64,000 nucleotides of DNA, from positions 9,743 to 73,742 of the forward strand of contig JAGBLN010000034.1 in NCBI GenBank assembly GCA_017635395.1, written 5' to 3'. Source of the stretch: Lachnospiraceae bacterium. Its GTDB lineage: Bacteria; Bacillota; Clostridia; Lachnospirales; Lachnospiraceae. Numbering within the stretch: position 1 is the first letter of the stretch; each line of letters starts with the position of its first letter. A program made the translations under genes and the position numbers. Under the pieces are notes generated by a model. That model ran no database searches. It saw nothing but the letters and a program-made list of their open reading frames with translations, and was not told the DNA's origin. Below are positions 38,566 to 48,377 of this stretch, in pieces.

Positions 38566-39972
38566 ATGAAAAAGCTAGAGACATCCAGAAGGATAATAAG
38601 ACTGTTTTTGTCGTTAGTGGGGCTTGCTGTGCAGACAGCCGGCTTTGTTTTTGTCTGGTTCAACTACTATAAGCCCATGATGGAAGCCCGCCAGATAAGG
38701 TTCTGGATCAAGGGTGACCTGCTCCTTATTGCCATATATGCCATCATACTTCTGCTTATATCCGAGATGTACGGCGGTATGAGGATCGGCTATCTTAAAT
38801 CCTGGGATGTGTTCTTTTCGCAGGTTTTTTCTACCCTGGGGGCGGACGTTATCATGTATGCCGTGCTCTCTCTTATGTATACGAAGCTTATTACTTTCGT
38901 GGTGCCGATGTTTGCGCTGATAGGTGCGCAGGTTCTGTGGATTGCAGTATGGACTGCCATATCTAATCTGATATGTTCAGGCCTGTTCCCGCCGAGGAAC
39001 CTTCTGCTTGTATCCGGAGACAGGCCCACGGATGACATAGAGAGGAAGTTCGGAAGCCGTCCGGATAAGTACAGGATATGCAAGAAGATGACTATATCCG
39101 AAGGTCTTGAGGCAATTACTGAGGAGATAGAGAAGCGCTATGACGGCATGATCATATGGGACATACCTACCGGAAAGCGCAACCAGCTGCTTAAGTACTG
39201 CTACGGAAGGTCTATCCGTGTATATGTGATGCCCAAAATTTCTGACGTGCTGGTTAAGGGCACTGATGAGCTTCATATCTTTGATACCCCAATCTATTTC
39301 ATAAGGGAATATGCCCTTACTGTTGAACAGCGCCTGGCAAAGAGGATAATTGATGTAGTATGCTCGTTCATACTGATAATACTTACGTCTCCGTTTATGC
39401 TTATCACGGCAATAATCATAAAGTGCTATGACGGCGGGCCGATACTTTACCATCAGACCAGATGCACCATCGGTGCAAGGAAGTTTGAAATATATAAGTT
39501 CCGCAGCATGCGTGTAGATGCCGAGAAAGACGGCGTGGCGCGCCTTGCGTCCAAGGGGGATGACCGCATCACTCCGGTGGGCAAGGTGATACGTACGATA
39601 CGTTTTGATGAGCTGCCTCAGCTCTTCAATATTCTTAGGGGGGACATGTCTTTCATAGGCCCCCGTCCTGAACGTCCTGAAATAATAGAACAGTATACGA
39701 AGGAAATGCCTGAATTTGTATTCAGGATGAAGGTAAAGGCAGGCCTTGCAGGCTATGCCCAGGTATATGGCAAATATAACACTACGCCTTACGACAAGCT
39801 AAAGCTGGATCTTGCATATATAGAGAACTATTCTGTATGGCTTGATCTTAAACTGATGCTGCTGACACTGAAGGTTCTTCTGTCGCCTGACAGTACGGAA
39901 GGCGTGGAAAGCGGACAAATAACTGCTGAGCATAAAAGCAGCGGGGCATCAGATTTAAAAGAGGGAAAATGA
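38566..39972 (+). CDS. Polyprenyl-phosphate priming sugar transferase
   Basis: KRIID, YKFRSM, DELPQLFNILRGDMSFIGPRPERP, AGLAGYAQV. Confidence 0.92.
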   Translation: MKKLETSRRIIRLFLSLVGLAVQTAGFVFVWFNYYKPMMEARQIRFWIKGDLLLIAIYAIILLLISEMYGGMRIGYLKSWDVFFSQVFSTLGADVIMYAVLSLMYTKLITFVVPMFALIGAQVLWIAVWTAISNLICSGLFPPRNLLLVSGDRPTDDIERKFGSRPDKYRICKKMTISEGLEAITEEIEKRYDGMIIWDIPTGKRNQLLKYCYGRSIRVYVMPKISDVLVKGTDELHIFDTPIYFIREYALTVEQRLAKRIIDVVCSFILIILTSPFMLITAIIIKCYDGGPILYHQTRCTIGARKFEIYKFRSMRVDAEKDGVARLASKGDDRITPVGKVIRTIRFDELPQLFNILRGDMSFIGPRPERPEIIEQYTKEMPEFVFRMKVKAGLAGYAQVYGKYNTTPYDKLKLDLAYIENYSVWLDLKLMLLTLKVLLSPDSTEGVESGQITAEHKSSGASDLKEGK

Positions 39973-40976
39973 AGACAGCGGCGAACGGAAATTTTGATAT
40001 GAAAAGATTTTTGCTCCTGTGCTGGCAGAAACTCCTTGTTACGCTGGTTGTTTCTGCTGTGGCAGGGGCAGTGCTGTTTTGGGTTGCAGATATTGTGAGG
40101 GTGAAGGTTCTTCATGGCGAGAAAATATATCGAAGCGAGGCCCTCTATTACATTACCTTTGATGCTGAAGACGATGGAACCATAGTGCATTACTATAATG
40201 ACTATACCTGGAATGACGTACTGGATACCGACCGTATCGCAGGCACAGCGGCACAGAAGCTGGGCATATCCAAGGAAGAAGTAGCAGCAGCAACAAGCAT
40301 TCCCACGATGTCGGATATAAAAATGATAAAGGTATATGCGGACATGCGTGATGCTGAGGAAGCGGAACGGTGCCAGGATGCCATAGGAGAGGCGCTGGCT
40401 GACTTTGGCAGCAGTACGGAAGGATTTAGCTCGATAGAAGCATGGAACAGAGAGGCTGTGACAGAGCTTAAGGTAAGAGGTTATTATGGACGGTTTGTGG
40501 CGGCAGGAGCTGTAATAGGGATGATCTTCGGCGTGCTCATTATGATGCTCAAGTACTCACTGGACGATTCCATAAGAGTTGTTTCGGATGTAATGGCTTA
40601 TACGGAGGTGCCGGTGGCCGGGGTCCTGTTTAATGGCGAAGCAAAGAACAAGATCTGCGTGAAGGCAGGTGAAGAACTGGCGGAGAACCTTAAGGAGCTG
40701 GGATTACAGACCGGTGGAATAAAGCTTTCTTTTGCAGGCATATATGCTGATGACAAGGAAGTTCAGGAAAAGCTAAAGCAGAAACTTAATATAGAAGGCG
40801 GTAAGATACAGGACGGCGGAAAAACAGTTCTGCTGGTACTTCCTTGGGGATGTGGCAGATCGGATTTAGAGAATGCCTTAAACGGCATAAAGATAAAAGA
40901 TACAGAGTGCAGGGCTGTTGTTATTGCAGATGTAGAACAGAGTTTTTATACACTCTATACAAAGACCTATTTGTGA
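39969..40976 (+). CDS. Wzz/CpsC-like chain-length determinant
   Basis: N- and C-terminal TMs, SLDDSIR...VPVAG; degenerate C-terminal extension. Confidence 0.65.
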   Translation: MKTAANGNFDMKRFLLLCWQKLLVTLVVSAVAGAVLFWVADIVRVKVLHGEKIYRSEALYYITFDAEDDGTIVHYYNDYTWNDVLDTDRIAGTAAQKLGISKEEVAAATSIPTMSDIKMIKVYADMRDAEEAERCQDAIGEALADFGSSTEGFSSIEAWNREAVTELKVRGYYGRFVAAGAVIGMIFGVLIMMLKYSLDDSIRVVSDVMAYTEVPVAGVLFNGEAKNKICVKAGEELAENLKELGLQTGGIKLSFAGIYADDKEVQEKLKQKLNIEGGKIQDGGKTVLLVLPWGCGRSDLENALNGIKIKDTECRAVVIADVEQSFYTLYTKTYL

Positions 40977-40977
40977 T

Positions 40978-41787
40978 ATGAAAAAGTTTGAGGTATTGGT
41001 ATCTGCCCTGAATAACGATCCGGAGCAGCTTATTGGCAGAATGAATCTTGGCTCTGACGCAGTGATCATAAATCAGACCGATCATAGGGATAAGCGTGTG
41101 GTCAGACTTGATAATGACAATACGGTCAGGATTTTTGAGAATACCGATAGGGGTGTGGGCACATCAAGAAATAAGGCTATGTCTAAAGCTGATGCTGAAA
41201 TAGTTCTTTTTTCTGATGAAGATATCGTATATGACAAAGGCTATGAAAAAAAGGTCCTGAAAGCATTTGAGGAGAATGCCGATGCCGACATCATACTTTT
41301 CAATATCGAAGTGGATGAGCGGAGACGGACATACTGGATAGACAAGAGGACGAAGGTGGGACGATTCAACAGCGGAAGATATCCTGCCTACAGTGCTGCG
41401 GCGAGACTTTCGAGCCTGAAAAAAACGGGAGTTAAGTTTTCGCTTTTGTTCGGAGGCGGCGCTCCATACAGCAACGGCGAGGACTCACTTTTCTTTATGG
41501 ACTGTGTAAGAAGCGGGCTTAAGATAGTGGCTGTACCGGTAAAGATTGGAAAAGAAGAATTCAGGGATTCAACCTGGTTTAAGGGATACAACGAAAAGTT
41601 CTTTTTTGACAGGGGGGTGCTTTACCATTTCCTGTACAGAGGCGCGGCTGTTATATGGGGACTCAGGTTTGTGGTTACCAAGAGTAGGATTATGTGCAGG
41701 GAAGTGCATATGGTTAAGGCATTTTCGTTATTATGTGCCGGCATCCGTAAGGGGAAAAAGATTGATAAAAATGGCGGAGGAAGATGA
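40978..41787 (+). CDS. Glycosyltransferase family 2 (GT-A)
   Basis: GVGTSRN, FSDEDI, GEDSLF. Confidence 0.85.
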   Translation: MKKFEVLVSALNNDPEQLIGRMNLGSDAVIINQTDHRDKRVVRLDNDNTVRIFENTDRGVGTSRNKAMSKADAEIVLFSDEDIVYDKGYEKKVLKAFEENADADIILFNIEVDERRRTYWIDKRTKVGRFNSGRYPAYSAAARLSSLKKTGVKFSLLFGGGAPYSNGEDSLFFMDCVRSGLKIVAVPVKIGKEEFRDSTWFKGYNEKFFFDRGVLYHFLYRGAAVIWGLRFVVTKSRIMCREVHMVKAFSLLCAGIRKGKKIDKNGGGR

Positions 41788-41790
41788 GGC

Positions 41791-42930
41791 ATGGCAGGCT
41801 ATGTATTGTATATTATCATAGCGCTCGTTTCATGTTTCGTTGCATTCAGTGTACGTGACAGGGAAGGTCATGAACTGGCTAACAGGATAAGGCTGGCCAT
41901 TATATTCTGGATACTTTTTCTGGCGTCAGCTTTAAGGATATATACGGGAAATGATTACCGGACCTACATATATCATTTCCATGATTCATATAGAGATATA
42001 TTTGTGGTGACAGAGCCGGGCTTTAATGCCGTGGCAAAGTATGTGTATAAGTTTTTTGATGAGGAGTATTTCCTAGTACTTTTTGCGCTCTTTGCATTTG
42101 TGACAATACTTTTCTTTTTGAAAGCACTGTATGAGCAAAGCCGTGATTTCGGAATGTCATTTATGCTCTTCATGGCATACGGGCTGTATTTCCAGACTTA
42201 TAATACCGTCAGGTATTACATGGCTCTGGCAATCGTATTCTATGCCATGAGGTTTGTACGTGACAGGCAGTATGTAAAGTTTTTGCTGGCGGTACTTGTG
42301 GCTGCGCTTTTCCACAAGACTGCTATTGCGGTACTGCTTATTTACCCTGTGTGCAGGATGAGGTGGCAGATATACCACTATGTGATGATCGTGATAGCAG
42401 GCATAAGCGGGCTGGTATTCAAGTCACAGTATATGGAACTTTTTGTAAGGCTTTATCCGTCTTATAAAAATGAGCCGGAGTATCTTGCAAGCGGCGGAAT
42501 GAGTATCATAAATATCCTCAGGGTAGCCGCGGTAATTGCATTTGCGATAGTGATCATGATCCTTTGTAAGAAGGAACATGAAAAGAATGATGCCGTCAGG
42601 TTTTATTTTCAGATGAATGTGGCGGCACTGGTGCTTTATTTATGCTTCAGCTTTGTACCTTTCCTGTCGAGGCTTGGGTATTACCTGATAATTTCGCAGG
42701 TGTTACTGATACCCGAACTGATAAAGATGTCAGAGGGATTGAAGCTTAATGTTAAAAAAGTGCTTGTCGCAGGAGTGACACTCTGTGCGGCTGCATATTT
42801 TGGAATGTTTATGTACAAGGCAACGGCTGAAAATGTGAAGATACTTCCTTATTCAACATGGCTGACCTATGATAGCTCAGATATGATAGGTTATCCTGAA
42901 CCGGAACAGTATATTTTGATCAGGGAATAG
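41791..42930 (+). CDS. EpsG-family polysaccharide polymerase (Wzy-like)
   Basis: LRIYTGNDYRTY, EPGF, NTVRY, ALFHKTA; many TMs. Confidence 0.85.
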   Translation: MAGYVLYIIIALVSCFVAFSVRDREGHELANRIRLAIIFWILFLASALRIYTGNDYRTYIYHFHDSYRDIFVVTEPGFNAVAKYVYKFFDEEYFLVLFALFAFVTILFFLKALYEQSRDFGMSFMLFMAYGLYFQTYNTVRYYMALAIVFYAMRFVRDRQYVKFLLAVLVAALFHKTAIAVLLIYPVCRMRWQIYHYVMIVIAGISGLVFKSQYMELFVRLYPSYKNEPEYLASGGMSIINILRVAAVIAFAIVIMILCKKEHEKNDAVRFYFQMNVAALVLYLCFSFVPFLSRLGYYLIISQVLLIPELIKMSEGLKLNVKKVLVAGVTLCAAAYFGMFMYKATAENVKILPYSTWLTYDSSDMIGYPEPEQYILIRE

Positions 42931-42958
42931 GTAACAGTTCCTAAGAGAGTCAGGGGTT

Positions 42959-43750
42959 ATGAAATTTTCGATTATAATTGTCTGCCTGAATGCAGGCGAG
43001 GAACTTAAAAAAACCGTAGACAGTGTGTTGGCGCAGACTTACGGGGACTATGAGATAATAGTTAAGGATGGCGGATCCGGAGACGGTTCGACAGACGCAG
43101 TAAAGGATGAGCCTAAAGTCAGACTGGTAGTAAAGAAAGACCGTTCAATTTATAATGCCATGAATCAGGCTTGTAAATATGCTACGGGTGACTATTACTA
43201 TTTCCTTAATTGTGGGGATTATCTGGCTGATGAAAAAGTACTTGAAAAAGTAGCACACTTTATGAACGGTACCAACGCTGATATTTTCTACGGTGACCTT
43301 TACCGCAGGAAGTTGGACAGTACTGATGTGGCACCGGACTATATAAGCAGTTTTGTGTGTTACAGAAATGTTCCCAATCACCAGGTATGCTTTTATTCAA
43401 AAAAGCTCTTTGAAAAAAAAGGATATGACACAAGGTTTATTGTTAGGGCTGATTACGAGCATTTCTTAAGATGCATGTACAGATACAATGCAGTTGCCGT
43501 GCATATGCCTTTTACAATTGCAGACTACATGGGTGACGGTTTTTCGGAAAGTGATGAGAACAGTAAGGTTTCCGACAGGGAACACAAGATAATAACAAGA
43601 AAATACCTTGGAAAAAAATGCCTGATCTACGAGCTGATAATGATAGTAACACTACAGCCATTAAGAAAGAAACTGGCAAACAGCAGAAAGTTTTCTGCAG
43701 TTTATCACAGACTTAAGGGCGGACTGTATGGTCAAGGGGGTAAGCGATGA
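42959..43750 (+). CDS. Glycosyltransferase family 2 (WcaE-like)
   Basis: KDGGSGDGS, IYNAMN, FLNCGD, NHQ, ADYE. Confidence 0.85.
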   Translation: MKFSIIIVCLNAGEELKKTVDSVLAQTYGDYEIIVKDGGSGDGSTDAVKDEPKVRLVVKKDRSIYNAMNQACKYATGDYYYFLNCGDYLADEKVLEKVAHFMNGTNADIFYGDLYRRKLDSTDVAPDYISSFVCYRNVPNHQVCFYSKKLFEKKGYDTRFIVRADYEHFLRCMYRYNAVAVHMPFTIADYMGDGFSESDENSKVSDREHKIITRKYLGKKCLIYELIMIVTLQPLRKKLANSRKFSAVYHRLKGGLYGQGGKR

Positions 43751-45030
43751 AGATCCTTTGGCTCTGCAATATGGTGCCTGCATTTATTGCCGGTACCATG
43801 AAGCAGAAAAAACATTATAAGGAAGGCTGGATACTCGGGGCTTACGAGGAAATAAAAAATCAGGAAAGCCCTGAGGTTGCCTTTGCATTCCCTGTTTCCC
43901 AGGAAGAACTGGTAAAAGGTGACATACTCAGGGGCGAAGCCGAAGGTGCGCGCTATTACGGATTCTATGAGGACACCGAGCATCCCGAAAAGTATGACAA
44001 GGCACTCGAAGCTTCGTTGGGACTCATATGCGAAGAGTATCACCCGGATGTCATACACTGCTACGGTACGGAGTTTCCTCACACAAGGGCAATGCTAAGG
44101 GTGACCGAGTGGCGTGACAGGGTGATGATACATATTCAGGGAGTTATGTCAGACTGTGCAAAACAGTATTACGGCATGCTTCCGGAGCGCGTGATAAAGA
44201 GCGTGACATTCAGGGACCGTATAAAAAAAGACAGCATCGTAAGCCAGAAAGAAAAGTATCTGCTCCGTGCCGCCAATGAGGAAGAGGCCTTAAAAAATGT
44301 CCGCTACGTCTGCGGAAGGACAGAGTTTGATAAGAATGCAGTGGCCGAGATCAATCCTTCATGCAGATATTTCAGTCTCAACGAGACCATGAGGAATTGC
44401 TTTTACGATGGACGCTGGTCAGAGAAAAAGTGTATCCCTCACAGTATATTTATGACCCAGGGCAACATACCGTTAAAAGGTCTGCATGTGATGCTGGAGG
44501 CAATGCCGGCCATACTGGAGCATTATCCGGATACCATACTTGAGGTGGCCGGTGATGATGTGATCAGGGGGAAAAGCCTAAAAGACAGGATAAAGCTTCC
44601 GGCATACGGAAAATATCTTAAGGAACTTATAGAAAAGAACGGACTTAAGGAGCGGGTAAAATTCCTGGGGCCTTTGAGCGCACCACAGATAAAGAAAAAG
44701 TATCTTTCCTGCAATGTATTTGTACTGCCTTCATTTATAGAGAATTCACCTAATTCTTTGGGAGAGGCAATGCTGCTTGGCGTGCCGGTGGTGGCATCTA
44801 AGACCGGAGGAATTCCTTCGCTCGTGGAAGACGGCAAAGAAGTACTGCTTACGGAACCCGGTGACAGTGCAATGCTTGCGGAACGGGTTTTGGATATTTT
44901 TGATGACGGGATGTTTGCGGAGCTCCTGGGAGAGAATGCCGCAGCAAGGGCTGCTCTTACCCATGACCGTATGGCAAACTACAAGATGCTTACCTGGATA
45001 TACGAAGAGATAGCAAAGGAAAACGGCTGA
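43747..45030 (+). CDS. Glycosyltransferase family 4
   Basis: PLKG, PSFIENSPNSLGEAMLLGVPVVAS. Confidence 0.88.
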   Translation: MKILWLCNMVPAFIAGTMKQKKHYKEGWILGAYEEIKNQESPEVAFAFPVSQEELVKGDILRGEAEGARYYGFYEDTEHPEKYDKALEASLGLICEEYHPDVIHCYGTEFPHTRAMLRVTEWRDRVMIHIQGVMSDCAKQYYGMLPERVIKSVTFRDRIKKDSIVSQKEKYLLRAANEEEALKNVRYVCGRTEFDKNAVAEINPSCRYFSLNETMRNCFYDGRWSEKKCIPHSIFMTQGNIPLKGLHVMLEAMPAILEHYPDTILEVAGDDVIRGKSLKDRIKLPAYGKYLKELIEKNGLKERVKFLGPLSAPQIKKKYLSCNVFVLPSFIENSPNSLGEAMLLGVPVVASKTGGIPSLVEDGKEVLLTEPGDSAMLAERVLDIFDDGMFAELLGENAAARAALTHDRMANYKMLTWIYEEIAKENG

Positions 45031-45034
45031 GCGT

Positions 45035-46240
45035 ATGAAGATCACTTTTATCACAAATTATATGACGCCCCACCAGCGTCCCTTTTGTGAGGCTATGTAC
45101 GCTCTTATGAAGGATGATTTTCATTTTATAGCTACAACCGTCATGGAAAATGAAAGAAAGGATATGGGGTGGTCCTCGGATATAAAGGATCTTCCGTATG
45201 CGTCGTTCTATGATGATGACTATGATGTAAGCGAAGGATATGTTATGGATTGTGATGCTCTTATATGCGGAGGCACACATTCCATGTATATAAGCAAGAG
45301 GCTGGAGGCAGGAAAGCTTACTTTCAGATATTATGAGAGGCTGTATAAAAAAGGCCGTATGCAGGCCTATCTGTCAGGCTCTTTTTTTAAAAATAAAAAG
45401 GAGCACGGAGCAGTAAAAGATCTGCCTGTATATCTTTTGTGTGCCGGGGCATATGTCGCATCAGACTTTGACCTTATAGGAGCATATAAGGGGAAGATGC
45501 TTAGGTACGGCTATTTTCCGGAATTTATAAAAAAAGATCCCGGGGAATTAATGGAGCTTAAGAATAACGATGTGCCTGAGATACTCTGGAGCGGACGGCA
45601 GTTAGACTGGAAACATCCCGGGGCTGCGATATTTGTTGCAGAGCATTTAAGGGAAAAAGGAATTGCCTTCCATATGACCATAGTAGGGGATGGCGAGTGC
45701 AGAGAAAATATTGAGCTTGCAGTAGAAGAAAAGCATCTACAGGACTGTGTGACATTAAAGGGCTTTGAAAAGTCTGCAGATATAAGAGCCAGGATGGACA
45801 GGGCTGATATATATCTGATGACCAGCGATATGCAGGAAGGCTGGGGAGCTGTCGTAAACGAGGCAATGAATGCCGGCTGCGCAGTTATAGCATCACATGA
45901 AGCAGGATCTGTTCCATATCTTATAGAACATGGCATCAACGGTCTGGTGTATAAGAGCGGCAACCTTCAGGAACTTTCCTTATATGCAGCAAAGCTCTGC
46001 AATAATAAAAGGCTTCGCCAAAACCTGGGTATGTCAGCCTATGCGACCATCGAGTCAGAGTGGAATGCAGAAGTGGCGGCTAAAAGATTCGTGGAACTCT
46101 GTGAGAAAAACTGCAGCGATGGGGTGAGTGACGGAAGGATGCTTTCACAGATAGAAGGAATAGAAAAGACAGGACCGCTTTCTATAGCGCCTGTCATAAA
46201 GACATCAGAAGGATATGATCACGTCAGGAGTGGAAGATGA
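45035..46240 (+). CDS. Glycosyltransferase family 4
   Basis: GRQLDWKHP, EGWGAVVNEAMNAG. Confidence 0.88.
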   Translation: MKITFITNYMTPHQRPFCEAMYALMKDDFHFIATTVMENERKDMGWSSDIKDLPYASFYDDDYDVSEGYVMDCDALICGGTHSMYISKRLEAGKLTFRYYERLYKKGRMQAYLSGSFFKNKKEHGAVKDLPVYLLCAGAYVASDFDLIGAYKGKMLRYGYFPEFIKKDPGELMELKNNDVPEILWSGRQLDWKHPGAAIFVAEHLREKGIAFHMTIVGDGECRENIELAVEEKHLQDCVTLKGFEKSADIRARMDRADIYLMTSDMQEGWGAVVNEAMNAGCAVIASHEAGSVPYLIEHGINGLVYKSGNLQELSLYAAKLCNNKRLRQNLGMSAYATIESEWNAEVAAKRFVELCEKNCSDGVSDGRMLSQIEGIEKTGPLSIAPVIKTSEGYDHVRSGR

Positions 46241-47190
46241 ACGTAATTGCAGCGGCTTTCGCATTTGAAGAAGACTATGGCAACTCACCGCAGCTTACCG
46301 GGCGGTCAGACGAGCAGAAGATAAGGGTATATATGAGGAACATCATAGTATCCCTTATTTCAGCACGCAAAATGAATCCTGATGATAAAACTGTCCTGGT
46401 AACAAACGCTGATATCCCTGAGGAATACAGGAAGGAACTGGAGGAGGGCGGCGTTTCGATAGAAAGGATCGAGTTCGACAGTTTCCGCATGCCAAAAAAA
46501 TTCATATGGTCGCTTGCTTTCTTTAAGCTGTGCGCACTGGAATACCTTCTTAAAAATGATGAGTACGAGAGGATACTGCTAGTAGACAGCGACACCTATA
46601 CCGTGAAGGATTTTAAGGAACTTTGGAAAGAGGCTGACAGGGGAATACTCCTTTATAGCGTGTGCCATTCCATAGAGCATCCGGAACGGGTAAAAATAAT
46701 AGAAGATTACAGGAAGCTCTATCCCGAAGAAGATGAAAACATTGTCCATTACGGAGGCGAGTTTATTTGTGGCAGGAAAGAAAATATCAGTAAATATATT
46801 GACGAGTGCAGGGAGGCATATAAGCGGATCTGTGCGTCAGATTATGACGTGCAGGACAATATAGGAGACGAAACCCTGACGGCGATAGCTGCAGCACACT
46901 TAAAGAAACAGGCGCTTATTATAGAAGCTGGTGCATATGTGACCAGGTACTGGACGGAAGAAAAGTTCTATCTGGTAAGCACGAATACGGTTTACAATCC
47001 CGTATGCGTATGGCATCTTCCCGGTGAAAAGGACAAGGGGATGCTCATAATGTATGACTATTATATGAAGCATAAGGCTTTTCCGGAACTTCAGAAAGCT
47101 CTCAGGATCTACGGGCTTGCGGATGGAAAGAGACCTTATTTCTTTGATTCCATGTATGCAAAGTGGGTAAGAAGGAACGCTAAAAAATGA
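46237..47190 (+). CDS. Putative GT-A fold glycosyltransferase of unassigned family
   Basis: FFKL, LLVDSD (DxD), YGGEF, GDE, WHLPGEK; within polysaccharide cluster. Confidence 0.55.
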   Translation: MNVIAAAFAFEEDYGNSPQLTGRSDEQKIRVYMRNIIVSLISARKMNPDDKTVLVTNADIPEEYRKELEEGGVSIERIEFDSFRMPKKFIWSLAFFKLCALEYLLKNDEYERILLVDSDTYTVKDFKELWKEADRGILLYSVCHSIEHPERVKIIEDYRKLYPEEDENIVHYGGEFICGRKENISKYIDECREAYKRICASDYDVQDNIGDETLTAIAAAHLKKQALIIEAGAYVTRYWTEEKFYLVSTNTVYNPVCVWHLPGEKDKGMLIMYDYYMKHKAFPELQKALRIYGLADGKRPYFFDSMYAKWVRRNAKK

Positions 47191-48215
47191 CAGCTGAAAA
47201 TGCGAAGGATACCGGAAAACTGGATGTCATAATCCCGGTATACAACAAAGAAAAATATTTAAGAAGATGCGTTGACAGTGCGCTGGCACAGTCATATGTT
47301 CCTTCACGCATTATACTTGTTGATGACGGTTCGACCGACGGAAGCCCGGAACTCTGTGACAAACTGGCGGCTGAACATGATACGGTCGAGGTCATACACC
47401 AGAAAAACGCCGGAGCGTCTGCTGCAAGGAATACAGGCGTCAGTGCTACCGACGGAGAGTTTGTAGGCTTTCTGGATGCCGACGACTGGGCTGACAGTGA
47501 TATGTATGAAAAGCTTATAAAAGCCCTGAGTGAAGAGGGAAGGGAAATGCTTCCGGCTGCACAGCTTATGAACAGGCAGTTCAGTGAAGACGGGACGCTG
47601 GTACTTTATACCGGAACCGACAAAGAGTCTGAATATGTGATAAAGACAGAGGATTTCTACGAGCAGCTGATAATGCATACGGGTGATTCATCCATGTGCA
47701 CAAAGGTGTTCAGGGGCGATTTTGTAAGACGGTATAAATTTGCAGAGGGTGAAAAGAACGAGGACTTTGAGCTTCTGTTAAGGATGCTTCCGGAAATGGG
47801 CGAGGGGATACTTACCCTGGATACTCCCGGATATAATATAGAACTGAGCGGCAGCAGCGTGACCAGGGGACGTTACGATCAGTCTCTTTATGAGAGCATG
47901 ATGAAGAATGCTTTTACGGCACTGCGGGTTGCAAGGGAGAGATATCCGGAGCATATAAAGCAGGCTGAACGTTTTACATATGTACAGTCCCTGGATTTCA
48001 TGCTGCATATTCCTATAGAGAAGATGACGGCTGACAACAGTTTTTATAAGCGGATCGTAAGATATCTGAGAAGCGAAAAGCGTAACATAAAGAAGAACAG
48101 TTATCTTACACAGAAGCAGCGAAACTATCTGATCCTGTTACTGGAATCACCGGTGACAGTGAGAAAGACTCACAGAATGATAATGAGTATGCGTGGGGCT
48201 GGCAAGACAGGGTGA
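47187..48215 (+). CDS. Glycosyltransferase family 2
   Basis: VIIPVYN, VDDGSTDGS, ARNTG, FLDADD, NED. Confidence 0.88.
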   Translation: MTAENAKDTGKLDVIIPVYNKEKYLRRCVDSALAQSYVPSRIILVDDGSTDGSPELCDKLAAEHDTVEVIHQKNAGASAARNTGVSATDGEFVGFLDADDWADSDMYEKLIKALSEEGREMLPAAQLMNRQFSEDGTLVLYTGTDKESEYVIKTEDFYEQLIMHTGDSSMCTKVFRGDFVRRYKFAEGEKNEDFELLLRMLPEMGEGILTLDTPGYNIELSGSSVTRGRYDQSLYESMMKNAFTALRVARERYPEHIKQAERFTYVQSLDFMLHIPIEKMTADNSFYKRIVRYLRSEKRNIKKNSYLTQKQRNYLILLLESPVTVRKTHRMIMSMRGAGKTG

Positions 48216-48377
48216 GGAAGGCTTAGCGTAAAGATAAGTCTGTTCCGTATTTTCGGGACTGAGTGCGCCGGTAGGATATACCTGTTGGTATTTGACATCC
48301 CCCGGATAGCGGTAGATTCGCAATTTTGGTATAATTATTATTTGGGAAAAGCGTATAGGAAAGAGGGAGAGTTTCTG

